A stretch of DNA of 62,897 nt, filler included, from Lenisia limosa (taxonomy: Eukaryota > Protista > Breviatea), in the NCBI GenBank assembly GCA_001655205.1. It is 12 parts of 12 records of this genome, joined end to end, with 100 filler letters (N's around TTAATTAATTAA, not from the genome) between each part and the next. Parts side by side here need not be neighbours in the genome. Positions count along the whole stretch, not along the records: positions 23,564 to 24,840 come from LPNZ01004279.1; positions 24,941 to 28,032 come from LPNZ01002615.1; positions 28,133 to 31,486 come from LPNZ01003804.1; positions 31,587 to 38,418 come from LPNZ01004034.1; 8 more parts are not named here. One strand, 5' to 3'. Positions 24,839-38,518 of the stretch are shown in pieces. The notes under the pieces were generated by a model. That model was not told the DNA's origin. It did no database searches and saw only the letters and a program-made list of their open reading frames with translations. The translations under genes were made by a program, and so were the position numbers. Each line of letters starts with the position of its first letter. The first letter of the stretch is position 1.

Positions 24839-27800
24839 TANNNNNNNNNNNNNNNNNNNNNNNNNNNNNNNNNNNNNNNNNNNNTTAATTAATTAANNNN
24901 NNNNNNNNNNNNNNNNNNNNNNNNNNNNNNNNNNNNNNNNATGAGTTGTTGACGCAGCATATACTTTAATCAGACGTCTATTTCGTTCATTGGCTCCATT
25001 CCATTATAGAGACTGAACAAGGAAAATTCTTGAAAAAAACCGTTACAAAAGTTGACTTAAATACCTCAAAATCACTACAGTTTCTCCAAAAATGGACTTC
25101 AGATTCGAATTCTCCTTTAAAATCTGCGTTTCTATAGTGGGGCACTTTAATAGGCTCAAAATGCTATTATTCTGAAAGAGGGGGGTTTCAAAAAATATTT
25201 TCGATTAAAGGAAACTGGGTGACCCCGGCCGGGTTCGATTCTGATCAAATTTTTTTTCGATTTTTTTATCTCCTCTTTTTTCTTTTTTGCTCAAAATATC
25301 TTTGTTTTGATATTACTGATAGTATAGTACTCAAAACTGCTGAGTTTCACACTAAAAAGGGTGTTATTGAAGCGATTTATGTCGATTTTTGGCTTATTCG
25401 CGGTTTTAAACACCAACCTATATCATATGCATATGATATGCATACTAGATATGATATATACTCCTGCTTAATTTTCCCGAAGGGTCACTTTGATTACTTA
25501 CGCAATTTATTTTTGAAAATAATTTATTGCAAAAAAAAGACCAAACCTTTATTATTCAAATGGTTTACTCAGTGTTTAATTAAAAAAAAATGGCCGTAAT
25601 ATTTCTTAGGCTTTTTTGAAGACATTTTAAAATTACAAGATACTGACCAAAGATTTGATGGAATTGGATGGGGGATCTGACATCTAGCCTTTTTACTTCT
25701 AAGGTATTGTGACTACTCGTTATCTTTGACTGTTCTTCCCTCTTCTATTTTGAAGGTTCTGTTACTTTTTAATTTGTCTCAGTTCAACTTGGACTTTAAC
25801 TCTGTTGCTCAGGTATTTGAAAAAAAATTTGTTTTAAAGGTATTTCAAATATTGTGTTTCATTCCCATAGTTTATTCGACATATTTCTCGAATAATTGGG
25901 AAGAAAAAAAATTCTTCCAGCAATCTTGAACATGAAGAATGCATCTTCTCTTCAATGGTTTTCATTAGTTTTTCATGTTGAATTCTTCAATGGGCATAAA
26001 TGCGCAAAACACAAATGACGAAGTAGCTGGTGATCTTTCTGAGGATTCTCAAAGTGAACATACAGTGAGAATTTATTCTCTAATATTTTTAGTTGAAAGG
26101 TGTTTTGGATGGTTTCAGTTGTTTTAAGTCATTTTTTGTTTTAAAAGGAAAACTGTGTATTGATTTCAAGCTACCTGGTTTTTCCCCCTTCCTAATTTGT
26201 TTTCAAACAATGGAATATATTTGAAATATGCTTAAATTTATTGAAAACAACACTAGTTCGAGCAATTCCTGATATTAGTAGTGGTTTGATGTCAATAGAC
26301 AAAGTACTTCTTTTTGTTATCAAACTCAGAATTCTCAGGCTTATCAATGTAGTACTTTTGGTGTGAATTTAGAAGCAGTACGGCAATTTTATGAAGTGGT
26401 TGATTTGAATGCAATCCATACAAATGACATACAAGTATTTTTTCATAATTATTCTTGGCGTTTCGTCAGCATTACGGAATTGAGGCGTGCAGAGCTTCAA
26501 TAATACAGGAGGTTTTTCTTGCTTCCTTTGAATTTTTTTTTTTTTTTTTTTTTTTNNNNNNNNNNNNNNNNNNNNNNNNNNNNNNNNNNNNNNNATCAAA
26601 CCAGGAGCACAGATTAGGATATTTTGTGGAGACCTAGATCTCCGACTGAAAATATTGTTTCTTTTTCTCCACCAAAAGTTGTCAAGGTCTTGGCGTCTAA
26701 AAAAAAACATTAAAACTTCATATTCACACGCAAATGATACGCAAACAGGCAGCTCATCCCCTTTGAGGGCTGACTCTAGCCTAAAACACTCCTCACGGGT
26801 TTTTCAAGAATTTTCCATGTTCAGCCAATATAATGAAACTTATGGAGGAAAAAATCTTCAAATCGAAGTGTATGCTACATCAGTAAGGCATTTATCGTTC
26901 TGAAAAGACACAGAAGGTGAAAGCCAAATTGGCTTGATTTTTTTACATTGTCTATCATATTTTTGCCCTTTTTTTGAGAAATTTACGCTCATTTTTAATC
27001 GATTATTCTCGCTCTGTATGCTCGAAAATTGCCCTAGAGTAGTAGAAATTAAAATTATTGATGTAAAAACACCTTTCTTTTCCATCTTGCACATATTCTT
27101 TGTTTTTGATGTATTTCGAAGGAAATAATGAGGTTTGTAACGCTTTTACAATGAAATCGTTGATAGTAGTAATTCAGGTTTGCATTCATTACACCTTATC
27201 GAAGTAAACTGAGGGAGCTCCTAAGAAACCTGACTACTAGCCTCATAGAATCTAGTTCTACCTTGGAGGCGTGTATAGCATCTTACGAATGAAGACTAAA
27301 ACACGATTTAGCTGTAAAAGTGTGGTTAACTTCGCTTTTACTCAAGATATAAATAAGTGTTGAAAAAGCAACTTCGGGTGTCAATGTCTCAATTTAAGAG
27401 AGAGGGTAATATTTTTGGAAGATTGGGAGGGGAGAGTGTTGCTTCATGAAATACATATACTATATGCTAAGAACATTTGATCCGATTATTGGGTGTTCCT
27501 TTTAGAAATTGGCCTCTAAAAACGTGAAATTCCATTGAATATCACGCAAAACTGAAACAAATACTAAATAATAACCAAATTGATAATTAAAATTCCAGGA
27601 AAATTAATACCCGGGGCCTGGGGTCCCTTTTTTGAAAGACAGGTTCAAAAATTTTGCTGTTTTTGGTGTTTTAAGTTTTTCTTTGATTCCGGGAAAAGTT
27701 TGCGGAAGTAACATAACTTTTGTGATATTTTTGTGAATTTGTCCCCAAAAGTTCCAGAAAGTTCTTGCCTAAATGTGAAAACAGGTTCCAATAGTCGAAA

Positions 27801-28132
27801 AAACAGCTTTTTCTTATCTTACAGCCCTTTAAATCTTATAATGACGTGAGAAGCCGAAAGCCAGACCCCCAAAATTCTTAAAATGGTCGAATCATGTTTT
27901 AAAATGACTTTATTAGGCTCGAGATATAAAGCCTGACATTTTGACTGAAATTACCAATTATGGTAAAGTATAGATATCACACCGTCCATATATCTGTGAA
28001 TTTTCCTCTATCTGTGATTTTTTTGAAATATANNNNNNNNNNNNNNNNNNNNNNNNNNNNNNNNNNNNNNNNNNNNTTAATTAATTAANNNNNNNNNNNN
28101 NNNNNNNNNNNNNNNNNNNNNNNNNNNNNNNN

Positions 28133-30742
28133 TAAGAAGAAGCGCGTCTGGAGCCGCTGCTGATGGTTCGGTAGAGAAGGGCTCTGTGGAATTAGCGGTT
28201 TTAGGGATGCCGCAAGGTCGATTATTTTCTGAGCCACATACCGTGAAAGGAAGTCATCCTCAACATTGAAGAGGGCCGCGATAGTTGGAAGCAGGTTAGC
28301 ATTCTCAATCTAAAGCGTAAAACCCGGCTATTACTTTTGTAATCATGTTATCAATGTACTTAATGGCCTCCTTACCTCAGCGTTTCCAGATTCAGTATCA
28401 CGGAAGTTGACACATCCAAGATGAAGAATACCAGCAAGGACCTGGGGGGGGGGTGAAAAATGGAAATTTGGNNNNNNNNNNNNNNNNNNNNNNNNNNNNN
28501 NNNNNNNNNNNNNNNNNNNNNNNNNNNNNNNNNNNNNNNNNNNNNNNNNNNNNNNNNNNNNNNNNNNNNNNNNNNNNNNNNNNNNNNNNNNNNNNGGTCT
28601 GACACTCTTCGTCGATCCCCACTGAATGCATGGCTTTCTGAAGAATTAGAGGGATGTCCTAATCTGGACAAAATAATGTTGAGATAAGGAGGTATTCATT
28701 TGAAAATAGTTGAAAAACTCAACTTGTGGCAATTGTCCTTTGAGCACCCTCAGCCTACCACCACAGCCTTGAACTCCTTATTGTCATTCATTCCCTTGAC
28801 CTCGACACATCCACTGGACGCTAGATAGGGATACTCCATGACGTCTCCAAGGGCAAGATCGCCTGGGGGAGGGGGGTTAATCAAAACAGAATATGGATTC
28901 AATTTTGATGATTAAGCTAACAACTTGTTTCAGCCACAAAACAAATTCGAAAAAAAATAAAATAGAAAGAGCTGGAACTTACGCTTATGAAAACCAGGGC
29001 CCACCCTTTTCCTCAACACTGAGTCCCGCCATCATAAAGTAGAAGATGTGGAAGTTGCGCTCGCTATGCGGTTATGCACAGAGGGGAGGGGGGGGGTAAT
29101 ACAAAAGACTCTACAATGGAAGTGGAATGAATATCTGACTAAAGTAGTCCACAGCACTGTGATTAGAAATATAAATCACTTTAGCCTATAAGCTGTGTGC
29201 AAAAAAGATTGCTCTTAGAATTAACGAGAAACTCAGTCTTTCTGGTGCCTTATGATGATTCCTATCGATAGGTCTTCATAAACAGCTTACTTGGGAAGGG
29301 GGAAAACAACACGGGATTTCTCCAGGAGGTAGTTTGAGATTCTGTAAGGGTAAATGCCAAAACATGAAGAAAACCTTGGCATTCTATTTTTACATTATTA
29401 TGCCAACAGTATTGAATTTCAAAAACAGAAACACTGAAAAACAAGGAGTAATAAGGTTTAACGTTAAGGTCAAACCCCCCCCCCCCGAATTTAACTAATA
29501 AGAAGCCGTCCCACGTTGAAGGCGACAGAGATAAGTGTATAATATTCCTTCACCCTTAAAAACATACTCTCTAATACTACACTGCTACTAATAATAATAA
29601 CAATCAAGTGAACTTAACCAATGATACCCCGCAACCTTCCACCGTTGGGCAGTCCGTTGTACCCAAACTGGATCTCCATGTACTTGCCGAACCTTGAGGA
29701 GTTGTTGTTGCGCACCGTCTTCGCGTTTCCTGAGCGGATTATTCCCAAATAATATGACTGGGGTGTGTCAAAAACAGAGAATGGGGTCATGGCAATATAG
29801 AGGACTTGATACATCATGAAGCACAACATGAGTAATGAAGTCTGATTATTTTATCTTTGTCTAGAGTTCCTCTAAAATAGGTCCCCGGACTAACTACCCC
29901 CAACCAAAGGCCTCAAGGACAGGGTTGGAGTTGAGCAGCTGCTGGTTCAAGTCATGGACATAGGGCGAGAGTTCGCCAGTGATGGAGGCAATGTATTGCA
30001 TGACCTGCTTGGCGGCCTCGGTCTTTCCTGCTCCTGACTCTCCTCTGAGGGGTTGGAGAAAGGCAAAGATAGATAATTTCGGGAATTGGAACAACCGACG
30101 GTTTACCATATCACCCTCACGTTCTCAGGAGTTAATTTATGACCGTCTTCAACGATGAAGGATATGTAATAACAAATACCCGCAAGGGGCCATTTGACAA
30201 TGTTGATATTATGATTTGGTTATGGAAAAATTCCTCTGGAGGATGGAAGGCGGCTGATTGTAGATGGACAGAATTAACGTAAGAGAGCAATTTAAGAAGC
30301 GGAACTACCCAACCCACGAGATGAGAATACACTGAGACTGTCCCTCATGCATAAGCTGGCGATAGGAGTCCTCAGCAACAGCAAAGATGTGCGGCGGGTT
30401 TTCATATCTAAAGGAAGTTACGTCAACAGGTTGTTGCAAAGGCTTTTGCTTACGAATAGCGTCCAATGAACTTTCTGATCTCATTCTTAGCTAGAATACG
30501 ATAAGATGTGGCGTACGAGGTTCGACTTACTGTAAAGTCCGAGATCTTTGTAAGGATTGACGACAACAAGAGTGTTGCTTCCTCCAATATAGGTGTAAAT
30601 TGCGTTTGAGACGTATCTCTCCTTCAGAGTCGAGACAATATCGGTTTCAGAGAGCTTTGTGAGAAGAGTCAAATCATCAATCTTCCTTTTCTTGGACTAT
30701 ATATCGTTAGAAAGCAATTAACACAACCGAAAACACTACCAT
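28133..30742 (-). CDS. MYO1: Class I myosin, motor-domain 5' part (truncated by linker)
   Basis: [89 protein letters not shown]; short N-terminus and KTEAAK are class-I-like. Confidence 0.92.
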
Positions 30743-31586
30743 TGTGAACTGAAAAGGTTGAAAAAACTGAAGGAGTACTCGAAGTAGCTATTCCTCTAAA
30801 GCAATAGAGAAAAGATAGCTTTTAAAGTTCCGTAGCAAATCACAGCAATTTGGCAACAATAACAAAAAAAAATCCTAAAAGTAATTTGGTGACGTGTTTT
30901 CGGTTAGGACGGTAAGAGAACGGATAATTTTTTGACAACCAGAAACTGCCTTGAAATTATTTTGTATGCCTGTATAAGGTGCGCGTGTAACTATGTGCAC
31001 ATATTGACGGGGGTCTCCGCATTGTACTTCACCAGACAAAAGTACGGCGGAGTATGGAATTTTTGGCAGTTCAAGTTCCATGTATATTTTTACCTTTTGT
31101 GGAGATGGGGTTTTGGTCAAGTGTTGGTTGATTCCAACCAAATATAAAATTGACAAAAATGAGACAGGGCAATAAGCAAGTTTCGTGGTGAAGTATGGAA
31201 ATTGTAGTTATTCTAGTGGTGAAGTCTGGAGTATGGTGAAGTACAATTTTCCAGGAGCTGTGGCCCCTTGCATATTGAGTTGGTATTGAGTGAATTCAAT
31301 GTGAAGTCAGTGTGGAGATGTAATTATGGACCTGGTTAAACCAAGTGATACAGGTTTGCAGTAGTACATTCTCAACCTTTCAGGAAACAAAACAGAGACA
31401 AAAACATTATTTATTATACAACTAGTTGGAGATGAGGTCGAAGGCAGATCGGGGGGACTGGAACACAGCGGATGTGTCCGAGTTTCNNNNNNNNNNNNNN
31501 NNNNNNNNNNNNNNNNNNNNNNNNNNNNNNTTAATTAATTAANNNNNNNNNNNNNNNNNNNNNNNNNNNNNNNNNNNNNNNNNNNN

Positions 31587-34500
31587 AGGGGAGCAAGAAG
31601 CATCATCATCAAGAGCCCCACAAGAGTCAATAGAACCAGTGCCGTGGTCACAACCATCAGAAATAGCACTGACTCCAAAATGATCCTCTCGTTATCTACA
31701 AGGGGGTAAAATTGGAAAACTATTAAAAAACGAAAACAACCCAAAATCAACTCTGTTGGCAAGCAACCTGGATGGTATTGATCAACGATCATATGAAACA
31801 ACTGTAGCCCTCTTTTGGATGCATGCCTACCCTTGGCTCGAGACTTGTCGTAGAAGATCTCAAGAACTCTCACACTGACAATGAACATAATCAGCGCTAA
31901 AATCGAAAAACCTGGGGGGGGGGTGATGCTTGTTGCGGGTAATTAGACGAATAAGTGAGGATTCACTCTGACCCAGAAACGACTAATTTCTCAATAAATA
32001 TCGATATTTTCAGTATGTATGACTCACTATACCAGCTCACCAAAGGTTCTTTTGAAAGTGGGCAGCTTGCGTCCCTCAAAGAAATCCTTGAGCGACTTCT
32101 TTGACTTTCGTTTCCTCCCGTTAGCCGTGCGGTACCTGTCGGGTCAAATGGTGCAATTAATGTGACAATCTAATTTCCATCATATTGTATGATGTAATTT
32201 ATTGTACCACTATTTGATATATAATAGCTATGTCTTTGTTTGTTGATATCATCCAAATTTTAACCCCCCCCCCCTCTCAGGCATTGTATGGAAAGCGATA
32301 AAACGAATGTGGGGACAAATCGTTTAAAGGGATAGTATTACAATAATGTAGGATCACATAATTATTGGTAGGGCTTCACTTCGGTTCGAAAAAGACTGGT
32401 AAACTATCGGTAGTTTTCGAGGATTTATCGAAAAAGTCAGTCTTTGTTTTGAGCTGAAGTGAAGCCCAATTTACGGGATTATATGAGTTAACTTCCATTC
32501 AATAATGAATAATGTGGCCTACTTTGGTGGCGCGGGAGTTGCTTGGGCTTTAGGAGGGGCTTCAGTTTTCTCCTCATCCACATCAATTACACTGTAAACG
32601 TCAAGAATCGCATCAATCACGTATTTCATATAATCTGAAGCCCCCTGTTCAACACCTTAGATATACCACCCACCCATCACTCCCAATACCACAAAACCTG
32701 CAGAAGACAGACCTAAAAAAAAAACCCAAAACACACTTGATTCTCGAGTCATTAAAAAGCTGCCCCTCCATTGGACATACCCTCCCTTCAGCCTACACGG
32801 AAACGCGAGGGAGTTGATTTTGGTAATACCCCCCTTACACAGAATCTGAAGTCGCAAGGGAGTTGATGTTGGTCGCGAGGCGACATACAGCTTTTCGAGG
32901 CTGTTCGTACTCCACGTCATCAATTTTGGCCCTAGGAGGGGGTTATAATTGGAAATTTTATGAAACAATAAATGCCCGAAATCAACTGTTAGCTGATAAC
33001 ACACGAGGTTTCAAAACAACAAAAACAAAGCCCAGGCCTGTCTGAAAACAATGGAACAGAGTGCGGCTTCGGATCGGCAATTGGGAGAAATCCGGGACTT
33101 TTGAAAACAAAAACTCAACACTTACTGAAATACCTTCTTCCTCCCAATAACACACACACACACCCTTTTAAACAATTCGGGATCCCCCCCTCAAACTTGC
33201 ACTCCTGACAAAGGACCTCGTCATTATCAGGCGGTTGTCGTCTTGGAAGGTCGTTAGCGTTCCTCAGAAACATCATGTCTATTCGGCTAAACTGGGAGGG
33301 GGGGTGAGGAAGAATAATGGGGGCACAAGCATCATATTTGTCATAACAACACCCGCACACAGAGAGAGAGAAACTTTCTAATATCTCCCTAATTTAANNN
33401 NNNNNNNNNNNNNNNNNNNNNNNNNNNNNNNNNNNNNNNNNNNNNNNNNNNNNNNNNNNNNNNNNNNNNNNNNNNNNNNNNNNNNNNNNNNNNNNNNNNN
33501 NNNNNNNNNNNNNNNNNGAGAACAAGGCCTATCACCTGGAATTGTAATAAGAGATGTGGTTTGTACCCCCAAATTCTATTAAACATAAACATAAGGTAGG
33601 ATTTAAGATTATAAACCCTCTAATTGTTGACAATGATGTCCATGATGTGAGAGGCTAGATAACACTGTGCTCACGGTGTAAAGAACAATGAAATGCGTGG
33701 CAAAGTACCAGGGAATGTCGTCATCGTTTTCGTACTTCTTTGCGTCGTTGAACCACTCAGGGTAGTGTTTCAACATCAACTGGGAGTGTCAGGGGGGAGG
33801 GGGGACTTCACTTCGGTTCGAAAAAGACCGGTTTTTCTCGGTAGTATTCGAGGATTTATCGAGAAATTCAGTCTTTTTTCGAGATCAATCATTTCGATAT
33901 GATCATATCACTAGTGGATATGGGTTTAACATACCATTTTTGGAAGGGCAAATATCAAAGTCAACGGAATGGTGAAGATAATGAGAACCACAAGGAAATA
34001 AGCCACTCTCAGGAGAAACCGGAAGGGAATCCAATATACTGCGGAGGTTAAATGGGATGGTGATTATATCTAGAGGTAAGAGAAAAATATGTGCGCGGAG
34101 GTATGGTATACTTGTTTGAGATCATTAACATAATAGATTTTTTACTGTTCCAAAGAATGTACACATTAAAATATTTCTTGTTCAAACAAGAGCTTGAATA
34201 CTCCGTCCAGCAACCTACACAATAGCTTCCAAGACGAAGGTGCCAAGAACTGCTCTTTCGTTTTCCAAACCCACGAGGCGGGCTCATCCACTATGGTGTC
34301 AGGCTATAATGGGATCCAATATAGACAAAATGGCTCAAATATCAAGTTGATTCAGATGATCAGAAATAATGACTAATGGTCAATATGAGAACAGGCAATA
34401 CCCCCCCCCCCAGGAAACACACATAGCAGATAACATACGGGTGAAATAACTAGGGTTCCCTTCGCCTCAAAAGATATTCTCGGTACTCCACAAATAATTA

Positions 34501-37230
34501 TCGATATTTTGACGATCTTTTGTGGAGTAGGGATGCCCAAGAAAAAAAAAACATATCTGTACATGAGAGATAAGGGGGGGGGGGACACACGTAGAAGATG
34601 GGGATGGGTGAAATAGCTATGGTAAAAACAGTTGATCGATACTTGACGGTTTTTGTGGACTATTGGGAGGCCCCAGAATAAACATACATAAGAGATGGGG
34701 GGTGAAATCGACAATCGGGTTGTCGAAGTAGGGCATGGGGTCCATAGCAAGAATATGGTGTCTTCCTGAGGGGTGTAAGTTTAGATGCTATCATATTATA
34801 TTTATAAGAATTCGGGCAGGGGAGCGAGAAGACGATTGGATTTTTGCTGGAATTGAAGTGCCCTTCAGCAGACTCCTCAGAAAAAGGTGAAAATTATTTG
34901 GAATTGTTCGAATATGACCTTTGGATTAAGGTCTGGGCTTCACTGAACCTCGATAATCTCTTTTGAATTCGGAACAAATATCGACCTATTTTGGATGGTG
35001 GGATAAGAGGAGCTGCGTACCTCACACATATAATTTGTATGATCGATAACAGTAACAATATGATGTATCAAATGATATGTGATGTACTATTGGGATGGGG
35101 GTAAGATCGGATTTGATACTCCTACTATGTACATACACATTTTCTTACTCAAACCCACCCCCTCACCAGCGACAAACCTATTGAAGCGGAAGGCAAGACG
35201 TGCTGTTGGAGTTAAGTAGATAAAGTGAAACGAGGCGATATCTGGCCTAAGCCGTCCACACCATTACGCCTATGTGATAATATTGGATTATAGTAATAAT
35301 ATACTCATTTTGACTCGAAAGTCGGATATAATATGACACATATGATCACAGTACAAGGTTCCTGTGTCAAGATATAAAACAGTCAAAGAGGAAATAAGAA
35401 ATTCAACATAAGAACCCTCAATTCTGCTATGCAGCTCTTTTATACACAGGAGTCTTTTATAGTATTATCTACAACTTTCCCCCTGTCTTGAAGCTTGGCA
35501 AACCCGTTAACCCACAAAAAAGGCGAGTGAGGTAGATGGTCAGAGGCAAAACTGAAATGGTGATTCGGCAAAGAATGACAAAATGATTTGTTAAGTTCTT
35601 AACCCAATACCCCACGTTCCTATGCCCCGTAGAAAGTTTGTAAGGATGAACTAATAATAAGCATACTAACAGTTCTCACATTGCCACTAGTATATGGTTT
35701 TTTATTTAATTTCATAAACTGTTTATTTTTTGACCCTGTCCCCTCTCACTTAAAATAGTCGCAATCGTCCAAATACTACTGAGAAAAGCGACTAAAGAAA
35801 AGTCAGCCATAATGCACCTGATGAAATAAGGGCTTCACTGCGATTAATCATTATTAGGACTTCCCTACGGTCCAAAAAAGACTATGAAAATATCAATATT
35901 TATCAAAGATTTATCGATAAATTCAGTCTGTTTTAAGGACCATAAGGAAGCTCTAATCATTCTATCACCTCCCTACCAATGAGAACGAAGAGTAAAATGA
36001 CAGCAAAGAGGGAAAACGCCAAGTCACAAACAGCATGCGGAATAACCATCCAAGGGCGAAACGCAAAAATGAAGCCGAAGTAGCCTGAATAAGGCTCATA
36101 ATCCTCAGGAGCTTGTCCCTGATTTGGTCACACGGGGTCCATGTTTATAAAAAACCACATAAAACTGGGGAACACAAAAATTCAAAGGAGGGGAGTGGNN
36201 NNNNNNNNNNNNNNNNNNNNNNNNNNNNNNNNNNNNNNNNNNNNNNNNNNNNNNNNNNNNNNNNNNNNNNNNNNNNNNNNNNNNNNNNNNNNNNNNNNNN
36301 NNNNNNNNNNNNNNNNNNNNNNNNNNNGTGGCAAAGTTAATGGAATACAAAACTACGACTCTGGGCAATTGATTTGATATTATTATGAATTTTGAAGTGC
36401 GCCATATTTTTACCACGAGATCCCCCTTTTAGACACTTAAAAATACTTTGGGTTGTGGTTTCTAGTATTGACAAATACGTAATATTGATGTCAGTATATA
36501 ATAAAAAGCTCTTGTAAGATACCAGTAAAATATCGATAGTTATCGAGGATTTATCGTGACATTCAGTCTTTTCTGAGACTGTTGGGAAATATGATTGATA
36601 TAAATGAGAATAAAAAAAGGTTGTAACTGGCCAAAGCAGTCCACACTACTATGCTTATAAGAGACATTGCAATACAGTACACCTGGCCCCACATAAGCAT
36701 CGTCGCAGTTGGGGCAAACTGCCTTCTCCTCGGATTCTTCGGCAATCGTGGGAGTTAGCTCAAAAGGGGCTAGCATTTCTACATAACTGGGATAAGAGGC
36801 ATTTTTCAAAAAGTCACCCAATTATTTGCCTTAAAACTCTGTGCACACAGCTTTCTGCGTGCCTCGGGTAATATGTGAGTGTGAGACTTGTCGGCCAATT
36901 ATCACAGGAGTGGAAAGAAGGTATTATACCAATGCATAGAAAATAAAAGCTCAACCGTTTGAAATTGACCCAAAAAAGTTATATATTTCTCCTAAACACT
37001 TTCCCCATCCCATCATCATACACTAACGCAGCATATAAAACATGAAAGACTAGCAAATCCCCTACATAGCACCCCCTTCCCACGCCCCCTTCCCCACCAT
37101 CCGCACATATAGTATTATAAAACATGAACCGTGCACGAATCGTGAAGTATTTCAGCATACCAGTAGACAGCGGCGTCCGCTTCCTCGGAGTTGAGGGTGA
37201 ACAGGTCTCACATGAGGGACGGAAGCCCGT
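31587..37230 (-). CDS. Unidentified spliced multipass membrane protein (possibly two genes)
   Basis: Minus-strand exons with GT/AG ends: GYFGFIFAFRPWMVIPHAVCDLAFSLFAVILLFVLI, YWIPFRFLLRVAYFLVVLIIFTI, IPWYFATHFIVLYT, FSILALIMFIVSVRVLEIF, IILESVLFLMVVTTALVLL. Confidence 0.5.
32371..32467. mobile_element. MITE family A
   Basis: GGGCTTCACTTCGGTTCGAAAAAGAC...GAGCTGAAGTGAAGCCC. Confidence 0.8.
32932..33040 (-). repeat. Repeat family E, full copy
   Basis: Same consensus ending in CCTCCTAG acceptor. Confidence 0.82.
33802..33883. mobile_element. MITE family A, right end decayed
   Basis: CTTCACTTCGGTTCGAAAAAAGACCGG...GAGGATTTATCGAGAAATTCAGTCTTTTTTCGA. Confidence 0.7.
35830..35952. mobile_element. 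MITE family A, variant subfamily
   Basis: CTTCCCTACGGTCCAAAAAAGAC...GATTTATCGATAAATTCAGTC...GACCATAAGGAAG. Confidence 0.65.
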
Positions 37231-37637
37231 TTTATTATTGACACTTTATTGACCAATAATAATATTTATATTTAATTGTCTAAAAAGCCCAATGGCAAAA
37301 GCTGGCAAAAGAACCCAACACATAAAGAGATCAGTAGATCACTACTAATTCCCAGCGTTTTGCGTTTTTCCCCATCCAACTGACTACATCTCTCAGCCTC
37401 TCAGTATGCCAATGTATAATAAAAAAAAAAGATTAAATGATAGATAATTACTATTGGGCATTCTCTTATATCTTCCCACTGCCTCCACAATCCACACATT
37501 CACCTGCTCTTGTCTCCTAGTCTCTTGGAAAGTAACGTGTTAAATATATCATCTAACCCTAGACCCACAACTTTCTAAACTGATTATTGCCAGTGTAGTT
37601 GTTTGTGTTTGTGTAGTTGAAACAAAGCTTTGCAATT

Positions 37638-38343
37638 ATGTCGCTATTCGAGGCTGCAGAACAGGGTGACCTTCAAATGGTGAAACTCCTTTTGGAACGG
37701 GGCGCTGATGTTAACAAAATCGATACCGTAGGTGGGGGTTGGATGAAGAGAAATGCAGACAATGACTGATCGTAGAAATAAAGCTCATGTTATCCCAATT
37801 TTATTAGATATTCAAGTTGTATATGATATATACATATACCTTGTACCTTTTTTCTTGTTCTAAAGACCCTCAGCACCAACCAGCCCTTTCCAGAGCTGTA
37901 TGCAGTGGCCATCCAGATACAGTTAGACTTCTGCTCGAATCTGGGGCAGACGTCAACTTCCGGAGTCAGGTTGGGTGGTATCGACTGATATAATATTATA
38001 ACTTTCGTGTAGCTATGTCATCCCATGTTCATTGTTTATGGTTTTATGACTGAGTTTCACATTAAATGGAGACTGTAACAATTTTCTGTTTTGGATAGTC
38101 TCTGTTATGTTGCTCAGTGTCTTCGTCCATGACTCATATGTATGATTAATTGCGTAGTGTTATGGACAGCTTATGCATCAGATTACCTCTTTGCATTTCT
38201 TATTTTGCCATTTCCCCCCTTTCTGCCTCATCTCAAGCCTCTAGTCCCTCAAAACTGCCCTTAATCACGCTGTAAGTATCGGCAATATTGACACGGTACA
38301 AACCCTGTTTGATTACAATGCCGACGTATCAATTGTCAACAAT
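37638..38343 (+). CDS. Ankyrin-repeat protein, 5' part
   Basis: LFEAAEQGDLQMVKLLLERGADVN; ALSRAVCSGHPDTVRLLLESGADVN; TALNHAVSIGNIDTVQTLFDYNADVSIVNN. Confidence 0.9.
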
Positions 38344-38518
38344 GTATGTGTGGTCAAACTGATGATATGTGCATATAGTATATATATACCCCCGTCCACA
38401 AAAATCGGTGCTTTTTGGNNNNNNNNNNNNNNNNNNNNNNNNNNNNNNNNNNNNNNNNNNNNTTAATTAATTAANNNNNNNNNNNNNNNNNNNNNNNNNN
38501 NNNNNNNNNNNNNNNNNN

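Noticed and set aside
25222-25245. tRNA B-box-like GGTTCGATTC
   Set aside because: No cloverleaf, A-box or acceptor stem around it
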